64,000 bases of DNA from an uncultured Alphaproteobacteria bacterium. GTDB taxonomy: Bacteria > Pseudomonadota > Alphaproteobacteria > RF32 > CAG-239. Where the stretch lies: assembly GCA_934271195.1 (NCBI GenBank), contig CAKQRB010000036.1:8171-72170 (forward strand), given 5' to 3'. Within the stretch, counting starts at the first letter, position 1, and each line of letters starts with the position of its first letter. Of this stretch, positions 9,000 to 18,722 are shown piece after piece. The position numbers were made by a program, and so were the translations under genes. Under the pieces are notes generated by a model that was not told where the DNA came from, did not search any database, and saw only the letters and a program-made list of their open reading frames with translations.

Positions 9000-11849
9000 T
9001 TAGAACGGATCATTATATTTAAGCGTCGGATCATTCAGACGCTCAACATACCCGCTGTCCTTGCTGGTATAACCAACTCTTACTTTCGTTAACTGGTCAT
9101 AGCGGTCAACCAATGTATCATTCTGAAAATCATTTTTTTCTTTACGACGGTTAAAGTAGCAATAAACATTGGAAATACCGACAATCTGCCTGTTCCAAAC
9201 CTCAAACAGGTTCCAGATAACGTCATCGTCAGCCCAGTTTGATCCCAGACCAATCTGGTTGGCATAAGTCTGATAGTCCTTTGCCGGATACAGGAAACCG
9301 ATCGCTGCATTCCAGCCGTAGCTGGTACCGCCGCTGTCTTTGACCGACACAAAAGACGTATTCAGCCAGGTGCTTTTCTGGAAAGTCAAGGCTTTTTTAT
9401 AGCCCTCATAAGTATCCCACTTGCCAGATTCCGGCCACATTATCGTTCTCGGATCTCGGTTGGTATGCAACTCGATTTCATTGTTAGCCCCGCTGCTTTT
9501 TTCAACTGGGTGACCGGCTTGAGCCATGGCCCAGCTGATTGGGCTCAGAGTCGCCACTTTCAAATACCCCGGAGGACAAGTCGGCGCCGGCACAAAACCG
9601 AGCCACGGACTGGTCTCGCATTTAAAGACCGAAGAAGCACAGCTTCTTACATAACTTTTGGTCGAAATCGTTCCGGAACCGAACAGCGCCGACGTATCCA
9701 ACGGGAACGAATTACCGTCAGTAGGTGTCCCGTTTCCAGACATCAACCAGTTCAAAGAACCGCCGTTGGCAGCACAGTTTTTGTTCGCACAGTATGTGCC
9801 GTCCAAAACATAAATACCCTTATTGATAAAGTCCGGCAGAATATCGCTCAGTCGAGCGCCGCCGCGCGTTATCAGCTTAATGTCGTGCATAACCGAAGTA
9901 TATGCCGGATTAACCTGATATTCGTCATAAAGTGTCTTACCGGAACTGGAAGTATACCCCGATTGGTACGCATTATCCGGCACCTTAACATGGCTCACCA
10001 AACGATCCGCCAGAATATAGCCGTTCGGGTCACTCTTATCCGTAGTTGCATCATTGTTACGCGCAATTTCAACCACGCCTTTGCGCACATAAACGCTGGC
10101 ATCCGGCTTGGTACCATCGGTATAATTTGTATCGATGGCAAAAATCTTGTCGCCGGTCGAAGAAGAGGCAATAAAGTTGGCATCATTCATAACCTTAACT
10201 TCCTTGTCTGCCGGATTCACTTCAAAAATCGTCGTATCCAAATCATTCTGAACCGTCAGCTTGGCATTGTTAATCTCAACATTCGGTGTTGTTCCCGTAC
10301 TATCAACAACCAGAGTGCCGGTTCCGTCACCGACCGCAAAATGCGGCGTATCGGCAAAAACTTCATCCGCCTTCATTTTAATCAGGTCGTCCGCAACCGA
10401 AAATCCGCCCTGACCATCAGGATCACCGACCATAAAATTATTAACCAGAATATTCACGCTGTCCGGATCAGCCACAAGGTTAAAAGCTCCAACGCAGTTT
10501 CCCTGAGCATCACGCTGTTGGCAGCCTACCCGCAATTGGTTCTTAATATCAAGATCTTCCATATTAACCGGTTTATCAAAACGAACTTCATCACGAAAAC
10601 GTGCCGGCCCGTTCACATCCAGAATATAACGAGGATCATAATCATCAGGCATATCGCCGACAACCAGATGTTTTAAGTTAGACGTTCCGTCAACAGTCAA
10701 ATTTGCATTGATTGTCGTATTACCGGCATCATCAACCCTGAAGTTTCCGCCGCCTGCGGTCAGGCTTCCGACAATTTCGGCGCTGCCGGCTTTCAGCAGT
10801 TCTTTAATTGTTGCGGTCAAAGCCTCCAAATGACCTCCGATAGTCGCATCGCCGGTCACATCAAGCTTGCCTCCTACGGTAGCATCGCCACCCACGTCAA
10901 ATTTTCCGTCAACATTACCGTCTCCGCCCACGTCAATATTTCCGCCGATATTAGCATTACCGCCTGTTCCGTCTGCACCTTTCTCAATAGTCAGACCGCT
11001 GCCGTCTTTCAGCAAAATAGCCTGATCTTTCTCACCCAAACCATTACCGGTCACAATCATCTGTTTCACGTTTTCAATATTATGATGAGCTTTGTCATCA
11101 CCCATATAAAGCGTGGTTTCCATTGTATTCAGCCATGGTTCTTCTTCCATTCTCACTCGGTGCAAAACGTTCTCGCCGCTGTTGTTACCCTTGGAAATTG
11201 CCCGAAGAGACGTCGCCATAATGGTATTTTCTTTCAGATTCGCTGTATTCACCCCGAAATCGGCCGGATCAATCGTCCAAACGCCTTGCACACCCTGAAT
11301 AACCTTCTTGTTATTAATGGTTCGGCAAATACCGGCATTTGTACCAATCATTGAAGCAATGCGCGAGGCTCTGAGAATAGGCATTTCCTGTGTTTCCGCC
11401 GGCGTAGTTACCAGCAGAGCCGTCAAATCATGGCGCTCGTTATTGTCAAAATCGCGTTTTTTAACAATAACTTCCATGTTTTTAAAAGTTTTTGAACTGG
11501 CGTTAAAACCATAAGGCAGATATTCGCAAAAATGCTCAAGCGGCACGGTTTCAATCCCGCCGGAAAAATCATACTTTTTGCTTGTGGCACCGGCACAGTT
11601 TGAGGTCACGGTCTTGGAACCGTCTCCTAATCCGATAATCATGTTATAGTTGTCAGACAAATAAGTATCAATCCCATCCATCACTATACGGACTTGTCCG
11701 GCAGCGTTAATATCCTGCAGTTCGGTTGTTCTTTCCGCCGCTTTTTTATAAAGCATCGGAGTAACCATGGCAATCAGGCCCAACATGGCCATTGCCTCAA
11801 TCAACAGACTTCCTGCCTGCGATTTCTTTTCATCAAAAACCCGAACCAT
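9000..11849 (-). CDS. Giant (~949 aa) protein with a type IV prepilin-like leader and a Gly/Asp-rich repeat region
   Basis: I place the start at the second ATG, 6 nt after AGGAGA. The leader reads MVRVFDEKKSQAG|SLLIEAMAMLGLIAMV, which is a short basic leader, a Gly, then Glu at +5 inside a hydrophobic helix. The central region has GGNANIGGNIDVGGDGNVDGKFDVGGDATVGGKLDVTGDATIGG repeats. The C-terminal ~300 aa are Cys- and Trp-containing. Confidence 0.7.
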   Translation of the reverse strand: MVRVFDEKKSQAGSLLIEAMAMLGLIAMVTPMLYKKAAERTTELQDINAAGQVRIVMDGIDTYLSDNYNMIIGLGDGSKTVTSNCAGATSKKYDFSGGIETVPLEHFCEYLPYGFNASSKTFKNMEVIVKKRDFDNNERHDLTALLVTTPAETQEMPILRASRIASMIGTNAGICRTINNKKVIQGVQGVWTIDPADFGVNTANLKENTIMATSLRAISKGNNSGENVLHRVRMEEEPWLNTMETTLYMGDDKAHHNIENVKQMIVTGNGLGEKDQAILLKDGSGLTIEKGADGTGGNANIGGNIDVGGDGNVDGKFDVGGDATVGGKLDVTGDATIGGHLEALTATIKELLKAGSAEIVGSLTAGGGNFRVDDAGNTTINANLTVDGTSNLKHLVVGDMPDDYDPRYILDVNGPARFRDEVRFDKPVNMEDLDIKNQLRVGCQQRDAQGNCVGAFNLVADPDSVNILVNNFMVGDPDGQGGFSVADDLIKMKADEVFADTPHFAVGDGTGTLVVDSTGTTPNVEINNAKLTVQNDLDTTIFEVNPADKEVKVMNDANFIASSSTGDKIFAIDTNYTDGTKPDASVYVRKGVVEIARNNDATTDKSDPNGYILADRLVSHVKVPDNAYQSGYTSSSGKTLYDEYQVNPAYTSVMHDIKLITRGGARLSDILPDFINKGIYVLDGTYCANKNCAANGGSLNWLMSGNGTPTDGNSFPLDTSALFGSGTISTKSYVRSCASSVFKCETSPWLGFVPAPTCPPGYLKVATLSPISWAMAQAGHPVEKSSGANNEIELHTNRDPRTIMWPESGKWDTYEGYKKALTFQKSTWLNTSFVSVKDSGGTSYGWNAAIGFLYPAKDYQTYANQIGLGSNWADDDVIWNLFEVWNRQIVGISNVYCYFNRRKEKNDFQNDTLVDRYDQLTKVRVGYTSKDSGYVERLNDPTLKYNDPF

Positions 11850-11866
11850 TGTTTTTCTCCTCATCC

Positions 11867-12532
11867 TTACTCAAACGGCGTTACATAAACCAGACAGCGG
11901 TTACAGTTTGCACAGGCGCAGGCTGTGCTGAAATTTCCGTTGTCAACCACATAATTGGGAATATATACCATCGTATCCTCGCGTCCCTTAACCGCCATTT
12001 TATAATTTTTATCGCCGCTGTGTCCGCCTGAAGCCTTGTCAGACGGATCCAAATGAACGGCATAGCCGAAACTGGTATCCACTCCCAAAATATTTTGCGT
12101 GGCTTTCAGCAAATCGTTCGTCGGCGTATTCGAACTCAGGTTAAGCCACTTTGGCGGAATATACCCGTAAGTTATCAAATACTTCATGGCATCGGGAGAC
12201 GTACAGTCGGCAATCCCCTGATCCCAGTCGTCTTTTCTCAGGCAATAGAGCTCTGTGGTAAAACTTCCGTTACAATTATACCCGTAGGGCAGAAAATTTT
12301 TCAGGGTCGTATCGCAAGCCAGCTCTTCTTCCAGATAAGACATGCCGGTTTTGTTCAACGGCGATGCCAGCCACCGGATATATTCCTGCCCTGCGCGCTG
12401 TTGGATAACCAGTTGCGAAACCACAACCTCGGCCTGCGGCTCAATCTTAACTTCCCGCATATCGCCGCGGACAGAAAGATTATATGAATACAACAGCACC
12501 ATAAAGGTTGCCAAAATCATCCAGATATACAT
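11867..12532 (-). CDS. Hypothetical signal-anchored Cys-rich protein (221 aa)
   Basis: The N-terminal hydrophobic helix is MYIWMILATFMVLLYSY. The protein has nine Cys, including the C-terminal CACANCNRC. Its stop lies 15 nt upstream of the giant gene's start. An in-frame TAG directly upstream rules out a longer N-terminus. Confidence 0.55.
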   Translation of the reverse strand: MYIWMILATFMVLLYSYNLSVRGDMREVKIEPQAEVVVSQLVIQQRAGQEYIRWLASPLNKTGMSYLEEELACDTTLKNFLPYGYNCNGSFTTELYCLRKDDWDQGIADCTSPDAMKYLITYGYIPPKWLNLSSNTPTNDLLKATQNILGVDTSFGYAVHLDPSDKASGGHSGDKNYKMAVKGREDTMVYIPNYVVDNGNFSTACACANCNRCLVYVTPFE

Positions 12533-12805
12533 TGCCTAAAGTTCCTAAAAAAAACCGTTTTTTATTACTATAATAGCATCAAATGCCCAAAATTCATAAT
12601 AAAAAACAACCGGCTTGCTCAGAATTCACAAAACTGTAACAACAAATTATCACCAACTTTATCAGAAAAAACATAATTAAAGGTTAAAATCGCTGTTTTC
12701 CGCCGTTTTTTTTGAAGTTTAATTTGATAAGTGCGTTTTTTGCATTTATTTCTGAAAAAAATGTTCTAAAATAAGTCAAATTGCAAAAAACGACGGAGTA
12801 TTCTG

Positions 12806-13327
12806 ATGGACGGCTTAAATGATTTTGATGATGACCTTAAAGACAACCCCTATACCCAGAAAGACAACAAAAAAATTCTGTTATTTCTGGTGCCGGCACT
12901 GATTGTCATCGGCATAATCGTCGGGCTGTATTTTTTATTTATTCCTAAATCTGACAATGCCGAAAATCTTAGCTACAGCATTGTTGAAAAAGAAGAAAAC
13001 GACACCAAAACAATTACCGTTTTTTATGACTTGCCGGAAATTTCCGTTCAGCTCCAAAGTGCAGATTCGCAAAACGCCGTGGTTAAAATCAAAATTAATA
13101 TTGAACTTTCCAAAATGGAGGATATAAAAACAATAGAAAGCCTTATGCCGCAAATCACCGATGCCGCCGTCACTCATATCTCAGAACTCTCCCAAAATGA
13201 GATCAGCGGCGCCGAAGGTCTGTACTGGCTTAAAGAAGAGCTTCTGTACCGACTGTCGCTGATTGCCGCACCGGTAAAAATTTCAAACTTGAACTTCAAA
13301 CGGTTTGAAATCCAGAAAACTAACTAA
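12806..13327 (+). CDS. fliL: Flagellar basal-body-associated protein FliL
   Basis: The 173-aa ORF has a single TM helix (ILLFLVPALIVIGIIVGLYFLFI). The C-terminal domain shows the FliL pattern (FYDLPEISVQL ... VKIKINIEL ... LMPQITDAAVTHISEL ... LKEELLYRL). Confidence 0.85.
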   Translation: MDGLNDFDDDLKDNPYTQKDNKKILLFLVPALIVIGIIVGLYFLFIPKSDNAENLSYSIVEKEENDTKTITVFYDLPEISVQLQSADSQNAVVKIKINIELSKMEDIKTIESLMPQITDAAVTHISELSQNEISGAEGLYWLKEELLYRLSLIAAPVKISNLNFKRFEIQKTN

Positions 13328-13345
13328 AAGCTAAGGGGAAAGCTT

Positions 13346-14428
13346 GTGGCTGAAGAACAGGAAAACAAAAAAGAACAAAAACCCGACAACAAAAACTGGG
13401 CAGATATGATCGAGATCAACGAAAACATCTCGGCAAACCCTGATGACACGGCAGACAGTACAGATTCCCGCATACTCAATCAGGAAGAAATTGACAGCCT
13501 GCTGGGCTATTCTTCTGGCGAAGACGATGGTCGGCGCAATCTTAAAACCGGCGTGCAGGCCATTTTAAATTCGGCAATGGTTTCTTATGAACGCTTACCG
13601 ATGCTTGAAATCGTTTTTGACCGTCTGATTCGCTTGATGGCAACCTCTTTGAGAAACTTTACGCAGGACAACGTCGAAGTCTCACTTGAAAGCATTGAAT
13701 CCATGCGTTTCGGAGAATATCTCGATTCGCTCACCATTCCGACATTGCTCGGCGTATTCAAAGCCGAAGAATGGGACAATTATGCGCTGGTTTCGCTTGA
13801 CAGCGGCATTGTCTACTCAATCGTTGACGTTTTGCTCGGCGGACGTCGCGGCACTGCCGCCATGCGCATTGAAGGCCGCCCGTATACCACCATTGAACTA
13901 AATATCGTCAAAAACATGATACAAATCATCTTATCGGATTTGTCCACCGCTTTTGACCCGATAACCTCTGTCAACTTCACCTATGACCGCTTGGAAACCA
14001 ATCCGCGCTTTGCTACCATCTCGCGCTTGTCCAATGCCGTTATTGTCGCCCGCCTTCGCATTGACATGGAAGACCGCGGCGGCAAAGTCGACCTTATGAT
14101 TCCCTATGCCACACTTGAACCTGTTCGCGAACTCTTGCTGCAAATGTTCATGGGCGAACGCTTCGGACGCGACGCCATCTGGGAAAACCACCTCACGGAA
14201 CAGCTTTGGGACACGGAAGTCCAGATTAATGCCGTTTTGAAAGAGTGTATGATAAAGCTCGGAGACATTGCCACTTGGGAAAAAGGCTCTTTTCTGGAAC
14301 TGGATATGCTGCCGACCGATAACGTGGCGCTGGTTTGCGGTGACGTTCCGCTGTTGACCGGCTCAATGGGTCGCAAAAACGAACACGTCGTCATAAAAGT
14401 AAACGGAAAGGCTGAAAAAAATGGATAG
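13346..14428 (+). CDS. fliM: Flagellar motor switch protein FliM
   Basis: The 360-aa ORF has a GTG start after AAGGGGA. It carries the N-terminal CheY-P-binding-type motif LNQEEIDSLLG, a FliM middle domain and a C-terminal SpoA-like region. Confidence 0.9.
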   Translation: MAEEQENKKEQKPDNKNWADMIEINENISANPDDTADSTDSRILNQEEIDSLLGYSSGEDDGRRNLKTGVQAILNSAMVSYERLPMLEIVFDRLIRLMATSLRNFTQDNVEVSLESIESMRFGEYLDSLTIPTLLGVFKAEEWDNYALVSLDSGIVYSIVDVLLGGRRGTAAMRIEGRPYTTIELNIVKNMIQIILSDLSTAFDPITSVNFTYDRLETNPRFATISRLSNAVIVARLRIDMEDRGGKVDLMIPYATLEPVRELLLQMFMGERFGRDAIWENHLTEQLWDTEVQINAVLKECMIKLGDIATWEKGSFLELDMLPTDNVALVCGDVPLLTGSMGRKNEHVVIKVNGKAEKNG

Positions 14429-14918
14429 TTTTGAAATAATTATCAATGTCGCCATCATCGCCCTGCTGGTACCGACGATTATTTTTGCTTATCGTCTGAA
14501 CCGTAGCCTGACGGCTCTTAGAGAAAACCAAAACTCCCTGGCAAAGCTGATCGGCGCGCTGAATGACGCAACCAACAAGGCTGAAAACAGTATTCCCAAA
14601 CTCAAATCCGCCACCGAACATTCGTCCGAAGGCCTGAAAGAAGTCGTCGACAATGCCAAAACCATAAAAGACGATTTATTGTTTATCAACCAACGTGCCG
14701 ACAGTCTGGCCGACCGTCTGGAACAGGTTATCCATAACAGTCGCGGCAATGTAAAAGACGAGAAAAAAAACAAGACCTCAGCTCAGATACTGAATATTAA
14801 TAAAACAACAAATACAAATTCTGGGGAGCAGGATGAGCCGGATGATGTTTTTTCCGTTGAAGATTCCCGTTCCGAGGCCGAGTTAGAACTGCTAAAAGCC
14901 CTGAGATCAATAAAATAA
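14421..14918 (+). CDS. Single-pass membrane coiled-coil protein of the flagellar cluster (function unknown)
   Basis: The 165-aa ORF overlaps the fliM stop by 8 nt. It has a TM helix (IIINVAIIALLVPTIIFAY), then a helical region and an acidic tail. Confidence 0.55.
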   Translation: MDSFEIIINVAIIALLVPTIIFAYRLNRSLTALRENQNSLAKLIGALNDATNKAENSIPKLKSATEHSSEGLKEVVDNAKTIKDDLLFINQRADSLADRLEQVIHNSRGNVKDEKKNKTSAQILNINKTTNTNSGEQDEPDDVFSVEDSRSEAELELLKALRSIK

Positions 14919-14927
14919 GGTCAGACA

Positions 14928-15572
14928 ATGATAAACAAAATAGCCAGCCGTATCCGCATTTTACCGATTTTTATATTCTTCGCCGTCTTAACGCTTTCCG
15001 TTCGCGTCAATACGGTTTTTGATCTTTTAAAACAAAAAGAAACCAAAACTATCAGTATTTCCCAGCAAGCAGCACAGGCTCAAGAAGAAATGAAAAAAGA
15101 AAACAGCGACCTGAACAAAGCCCTGAGCAACAATACGTCGGCCACCGGTTCGACAGCCACCCCCAATAACAGCTTTTCGCAATCAGAAATTCTGATTCTG
15201 CAAGAACTTGCCGAACGGCGCGAAGCCTTGGACCTGCGCAGCAAAGAAATTGATAAAAAAGCCATCCAGCTCAAAGTTGCAGAAGAAGAAATTGATAAAA
15301 AACTTGCGCAATTGAAAGAATATGAAGCCAAGCTGCAAAAACTTGTCCGCGAATATAATGACAAGGAAAAAGAAAAAATATCATCATTGACCCGTTTATA
15401 TTCGACCATGAAACCCAAAGATGCCGCCCGTATTTTCAATACGTTGGAACTGCATATTCTGATTCCGTTGTTAAAAGAAATGAAACCTTCAGTTTCTTCC
15501 GCCATCATCTCACAAATGGACGCAGCCAAAGCCAAGGCCGTTACAACCGAACTGATAGGCAATAATTTCTAA
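14928..15572 (+). CDS. MotE / FlbB-like protein with an MgtE_N-like C-terminal domain
   Basis: The 214-aa ORF has an N-terminal signal or anchor (ILPIFIFFAVLTLSV) and a coiled coil. The C-terminus (MKPKDAARIFNTLELHILIPLLKEMKPSVSSAIISQMDAAKAKAV) resembles the MgtE N-domain repeats seen in alphaproteobacterial MotE. Confidence 0.6.
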   Translation: MINKIASRIRILPIFIFFAVLTLSVRVNTVFDLLKQKETKTISISQQAAQAQEEMKKENSDLNKALSNNTSATGSTATPNNSFSQSEILILQELAERREALDLRSKEIDKKAIQLKVAEEEIDKKLAQLKEYEAKLQKLVREYNDKEKEKISSLTRLYSTMKPKDAARIFNTLELHILIPLLKEMKPSVSSAIISQMDAAKAKAVTTELIGNNF

Positions 15573-15587
15573 CCAAAGGCAAAAGCA

Positions 15588-18500
15588 ATGAACGCAGCAA
15601 AGCGCAGTACTCCAAGCTTAAAGCAATATATCAGAACAATATTGCTTTTTGCGCTTCTGACTTTTTTTGCCCAAACTGCCTTTGCCCAAAATACACAAGA
15701 AGAAAAACTGATAAGCCTGCCGATTGGTGTAAATAATGACTACAAACTTGAAAATATGCCGCGCTCAATCAGCCTGACCTTTAATCTCCCTCTGCTTGAA
15801 ACGCCGGAAGACTTTAGCAAAATATTGCCGGATTTCATTGAAAAACAAGAATTATCCGCAGATAAAACCCGCATGTTTCTGACTTTGCGACACCCTCTTA
15901 TCACCCTGACATCATTAAAAGACGGCATTTTGAGAATCAGTCTCAAACAGCAGCAAAGCCCAACCAATTCGGAAAAATCAAATAACATTGCCATAAGCTA
16001 TGGCGAACACCGGAATTACTACCGCTTTGTCTTTAAATATGATCAGCCGCCGCTTTATTCCGTCAAATCTCAGGACATGCAAACCTCGGTTTATTTCCTG
16101 AACAATGTCAGTCTGCAGACCGAAAACCTTAAATCTTATCCTTTTTATCCGGCTGTCACGATATCGCCCAATAGTATGGGCGGACAAACGCTGACAATTC
16201 CGGCGGCCATGGTAAAATCAGCAGAATACGACAACAAAATCGTTATTGACGTGTCAAAAGTTTCTGAAGGAAAGGTTTTTGATGACAGCACAGCCGAAAT
16301 CAAAATCTCCGGCATAAACTTGCCTGAAACATCTCCTTCCGCTTTGGAAAACCTGACATCGGAACAGCCTTATACCGATAAAAGAATTATCAGTCTGGGC
16401 TTTTCGTGGAACTCTCCGACCAATATTGCCGTTTTCCGTCGGGAAAACTATTTGTGGATTATCTTTGACCAAAGAAAAAAAATAGATAAGGAACAACTGC
16501 TTACCGATGCAGCGCCGCTAGCTGAAGAGATTGTTCTTATTCCGCATACCAAAGCCACGGTCATCCGCCTCAAAACCAAACCAAATGTCAAAGCCAATCT
16601 CCGTAAAGAAGGCTTGCTCTGGATTATTGACCTTTCCGTTACCGGATTTGAGGAAAAAATAAAAGATATGAACATTTTTACGCGCTATGACAGCCTGAAT
16701 CACCCTTACTTTTTTATTGCGACAACAATGGCCGGTAACATTATCTCCGTCGTAGACCCCGAAATCGGCGATAATTTGATTGCAGCAACCGTTTCTGATG
16801 TTGAAAGCGGTATCAGCGCCCCTTATTCTTATCCGGATTTTGACTTTTTACGCTCACTTACCGGTGTGGCGGTCGTCCCCAAAAATACGGACTTAAATAT
16901 TGAACGCGGCAATACCGGCGTAATAATCAAAGCCATTCGCGGCCTGAATATCTCTGCCGATTTGGACTACAAAAAACGCCAGCAAAACTTATTAAACGCT
17001 AAAGAAGACGAGCTTGGCTTTGATTTAAGTCTCAGCGCAGGCCTTACCGGCATGAACTATGCCGAGGGCGTGTCCCAGCTACAAAAAGATATAGAACGCG
17101 CGCCCCAAAACAAAAAAAATGCCGCCCGCCTGATGTTGGTTCGTTACTACATTTCTTATGGTCTGGGTGCCGAAGCTTTGCAAGAACTCCGACGGCTGAC
17201 ACAAATGCCGGAGTATCATCAAACAGAAGAAACAGAAGCGTTGCTCGGAGTCGCAAACTTTTTGCTGCGCCGTTATGATGCCGCCATGGAGCACCTGTCT
17301 TTCGGCGCACTGCCGTCCGACAATCAGGCGGTTTTCTGGCGTACATTATCTTCCACGGCACAAGAATACAAAAAAGAAAATAATATCATTCTGACATCTT
17401 ACATTTCTTTGATTAAAGACTATCCGATAGCGCTGAAAGCACGGATAGCCCTTGTCGCGGCAGACAATGCCCTAAATGCCAGCGATGATTTGGCTGCACA
17501 AAATTTTATAGATGTCCTGAACAACATTGACAGTAAAAACCTCTATTATCAGGCGCGCATTGGCTATTTAACGGCCAAACGCCGCGTTTTGCAGGGATAC
17601 CCGCGTAATGGCATAAAATTATATAACAACATAGCCGCTTCCTTGTCGCAAAAATATTCCGCTCTGGCCAGATACGAAGCCGCCGTCTTGGAACAGAAGC
17701 TAGGCATGCAGCCTCTGGCAAAAATAATCCGCAAACTGGAACAATTACACTATGCCTGGCCGGACAAAAAATTCCGTTTACAAGTACTGCGGACTTTGGC
17801 GGATTATTACATCCGTAGCTCGGACTACCTCAATGCCTTAAGAAAACTAAATTTGAGCATGAGTCTGGAAACGGAAGATGAAAAACCGCGAACCCTGAAA
17901 AGAATGGTAAACATTTTAGAAGACATATACATCAACAACCGCGCGGATAATCTGCCGCCGCTGAAATCTCTGGCAATATATAAAGAATTTGAATGGCTGG
18001 CGCCCCAAAGCCGGAATTACAATGAAATCATCAGGCGGCTGGCTGACCGTCTGGTCGCGGTTGATTTGTTGCCCCGCGCCTATTCCCTTTTGCAAAACCA
18101 GCTTCGTTTCAGCCGTCTGAATGACAAAGAACGCGCTGCAGTCGGAACCAGGCTAGCCTTAATCAGCTTGTTTGAAGACAAAAATATTGATGCTCTCAAT
18201 TTTCTGGATCAGACCCAAAGCACCGATATTAACGCCACGCTGAAGGCTCAGCGCAAAATCATCCGTGCCAAAACGCTTTCCAACCTTGATCGGAACGAAG
18301 AAGCAATAGACCTGCTGAAAGATGACTACAGCAAAAACGCCCTGTTACTGAAAAGCGAGATTTATTGGAACGCCGGAATGTGGAACGAGGCCTCGGACAG
18401 CATCAGATATCTGGTAGAAGCCCCGCAGACTGGAAAACCATTGAGTCAGGAACAAATCGGCTATATTCTGGATTGGGCGACCACACTGCAAAAAGCAGGC

Positions 18501-18722
18501 AAGACAACAGTTTTAGTCAGACTGCGCAACAAGTTTTTGCCTTATTTTGAAAATACCAAATACTATAGCCCATTTAGCATATTAACCGGCAATCTGGAAA
18601 ATGATAAAATCGACCTGAAAGCCATCAGTCAAACAATCAATGACGTTCAGGCATTCAGTAATTTTACCAAATTGTATAACGATTCGCTCAAAAACGACCA
18701 TTTAGACACCCAAAATAAATGA
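15588..18722 (+). CDS. Large periplasmic protein (1044 aa) with a beta-rich N-terminal half and a TPR-like helical C-terminal half
   Basis: The signal peptide is [15 protein letters not shown]|QN. The C-terminal ~550 aa are helical-repeat-like (for example [45 protein letters not shown]). It is co-directional with and packed against fliL-fliM-motE-like. Confidence 0.6.
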   Translation: MNAAKRSTPSLKQYIRTILLFALLTFFAQTAFAQNTQEEKLISLPIGVNNDYKLENMPRSISLTFNLPLLETPEDFSKILPDFIEKQELSADKTRMFLTLRHPLITLTSLKDGILRISLKQQQSPTNSEKSNNIAISYGEHRNYYRFVFKYDQPPLYSVKSQDMQTSVYFLNNVSLQTENLKSYPFYPAVTISPNSMGGQTLTIPAAMVKSAEYDNKIVIDVSKVSEGKVFDDSTAEIKISGINLPETSPSALENLTSEQPYTDKRIISLGFSWNSPTNIAVFRRENYLWIIFDQRKKIDKEQLLTDAAPLAEEIVLIPHTKATVIRLKTKPNVKANLRKEGLLWIIDLSVTGFEEKIKDMNIFTRYDSLNHPYFFIATTMAGNIISVVDPEIGDNLIAATVSDVESGISAPYSYPDFDFLRSLTGVAVVPKNTDLNIERGNTGVIIKAIRGLNISADLDYKKRQQNLLNAKEDELGFDLSLSAGLTGMNYAEGVSQLQKDIERAPQNKKNAARLMLVRYYISYGLGAEALQELRRLTQMPEYHQTEETEALLGVANFLLRRYDAAMEHLSFGALPSDNQAVFWRTLSSTAQEYKKENNIILTSYISLIKDYPIALKARIALVAADNALNASDDLAAQNFIDVLNNIDSKNLYYQARIGYLTAKRRVLQGYPRNGIKLYNNIAASLSQKYSALARYEAAVLEQKLGMQPLAKIIRKLEQLHYAWPDKKFRLQVLRTLADYYIRSSDYLNALRKLNLSMSLETEDEKPRTLKRMVNILEDIYINNRADNLPPLKSLAIYKEFEWLAPQSRNYNEIIRRLADRLVAVDLLPRAYSLLQNQLRFSRLNDKERAAVGTRLALISLFEDKNIDALNFLDQTQSTDINATLKAQRKIIRAKTLSNLDRNEEAIDLLKDDYSKNALLLKSEIYWNAGMWNEASDSIRYLVEAPQTGKPLSQEQIGYILDWATTLQKAGKTTVLVRLRNKFLPYFENTKYYSPFSILTGNLENDKIDLKAISQTINDVQAFSNFTKLYNDSLKNDHLDTQNK

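Noticed and set aside
9465-10676. 403-aa plus-strand ORF inside the giant prepilin-leader gene
   Set aside because: This is an antisense shadow ORF. Its Arg/Ile/Asn/His-rich low-information composition is typical of the reverse frame of a coding region, and it has no RBS. The opposite strand carries the long ORF with coherent domain features.
12533-12805. Sigma-54 (TGGCAC-N5-TTGC) or CtrA (TTAA-N7-TTAA) control elements upstream of fliL
   Set aside because: The best sigma-54 candidate (AAGTGCGTTTTTTGCA) lacks the conserved GG dinucleotide. TTAA half-sites are present, but only at 3-nt spacing. I could not support a specific flagellar promoter.
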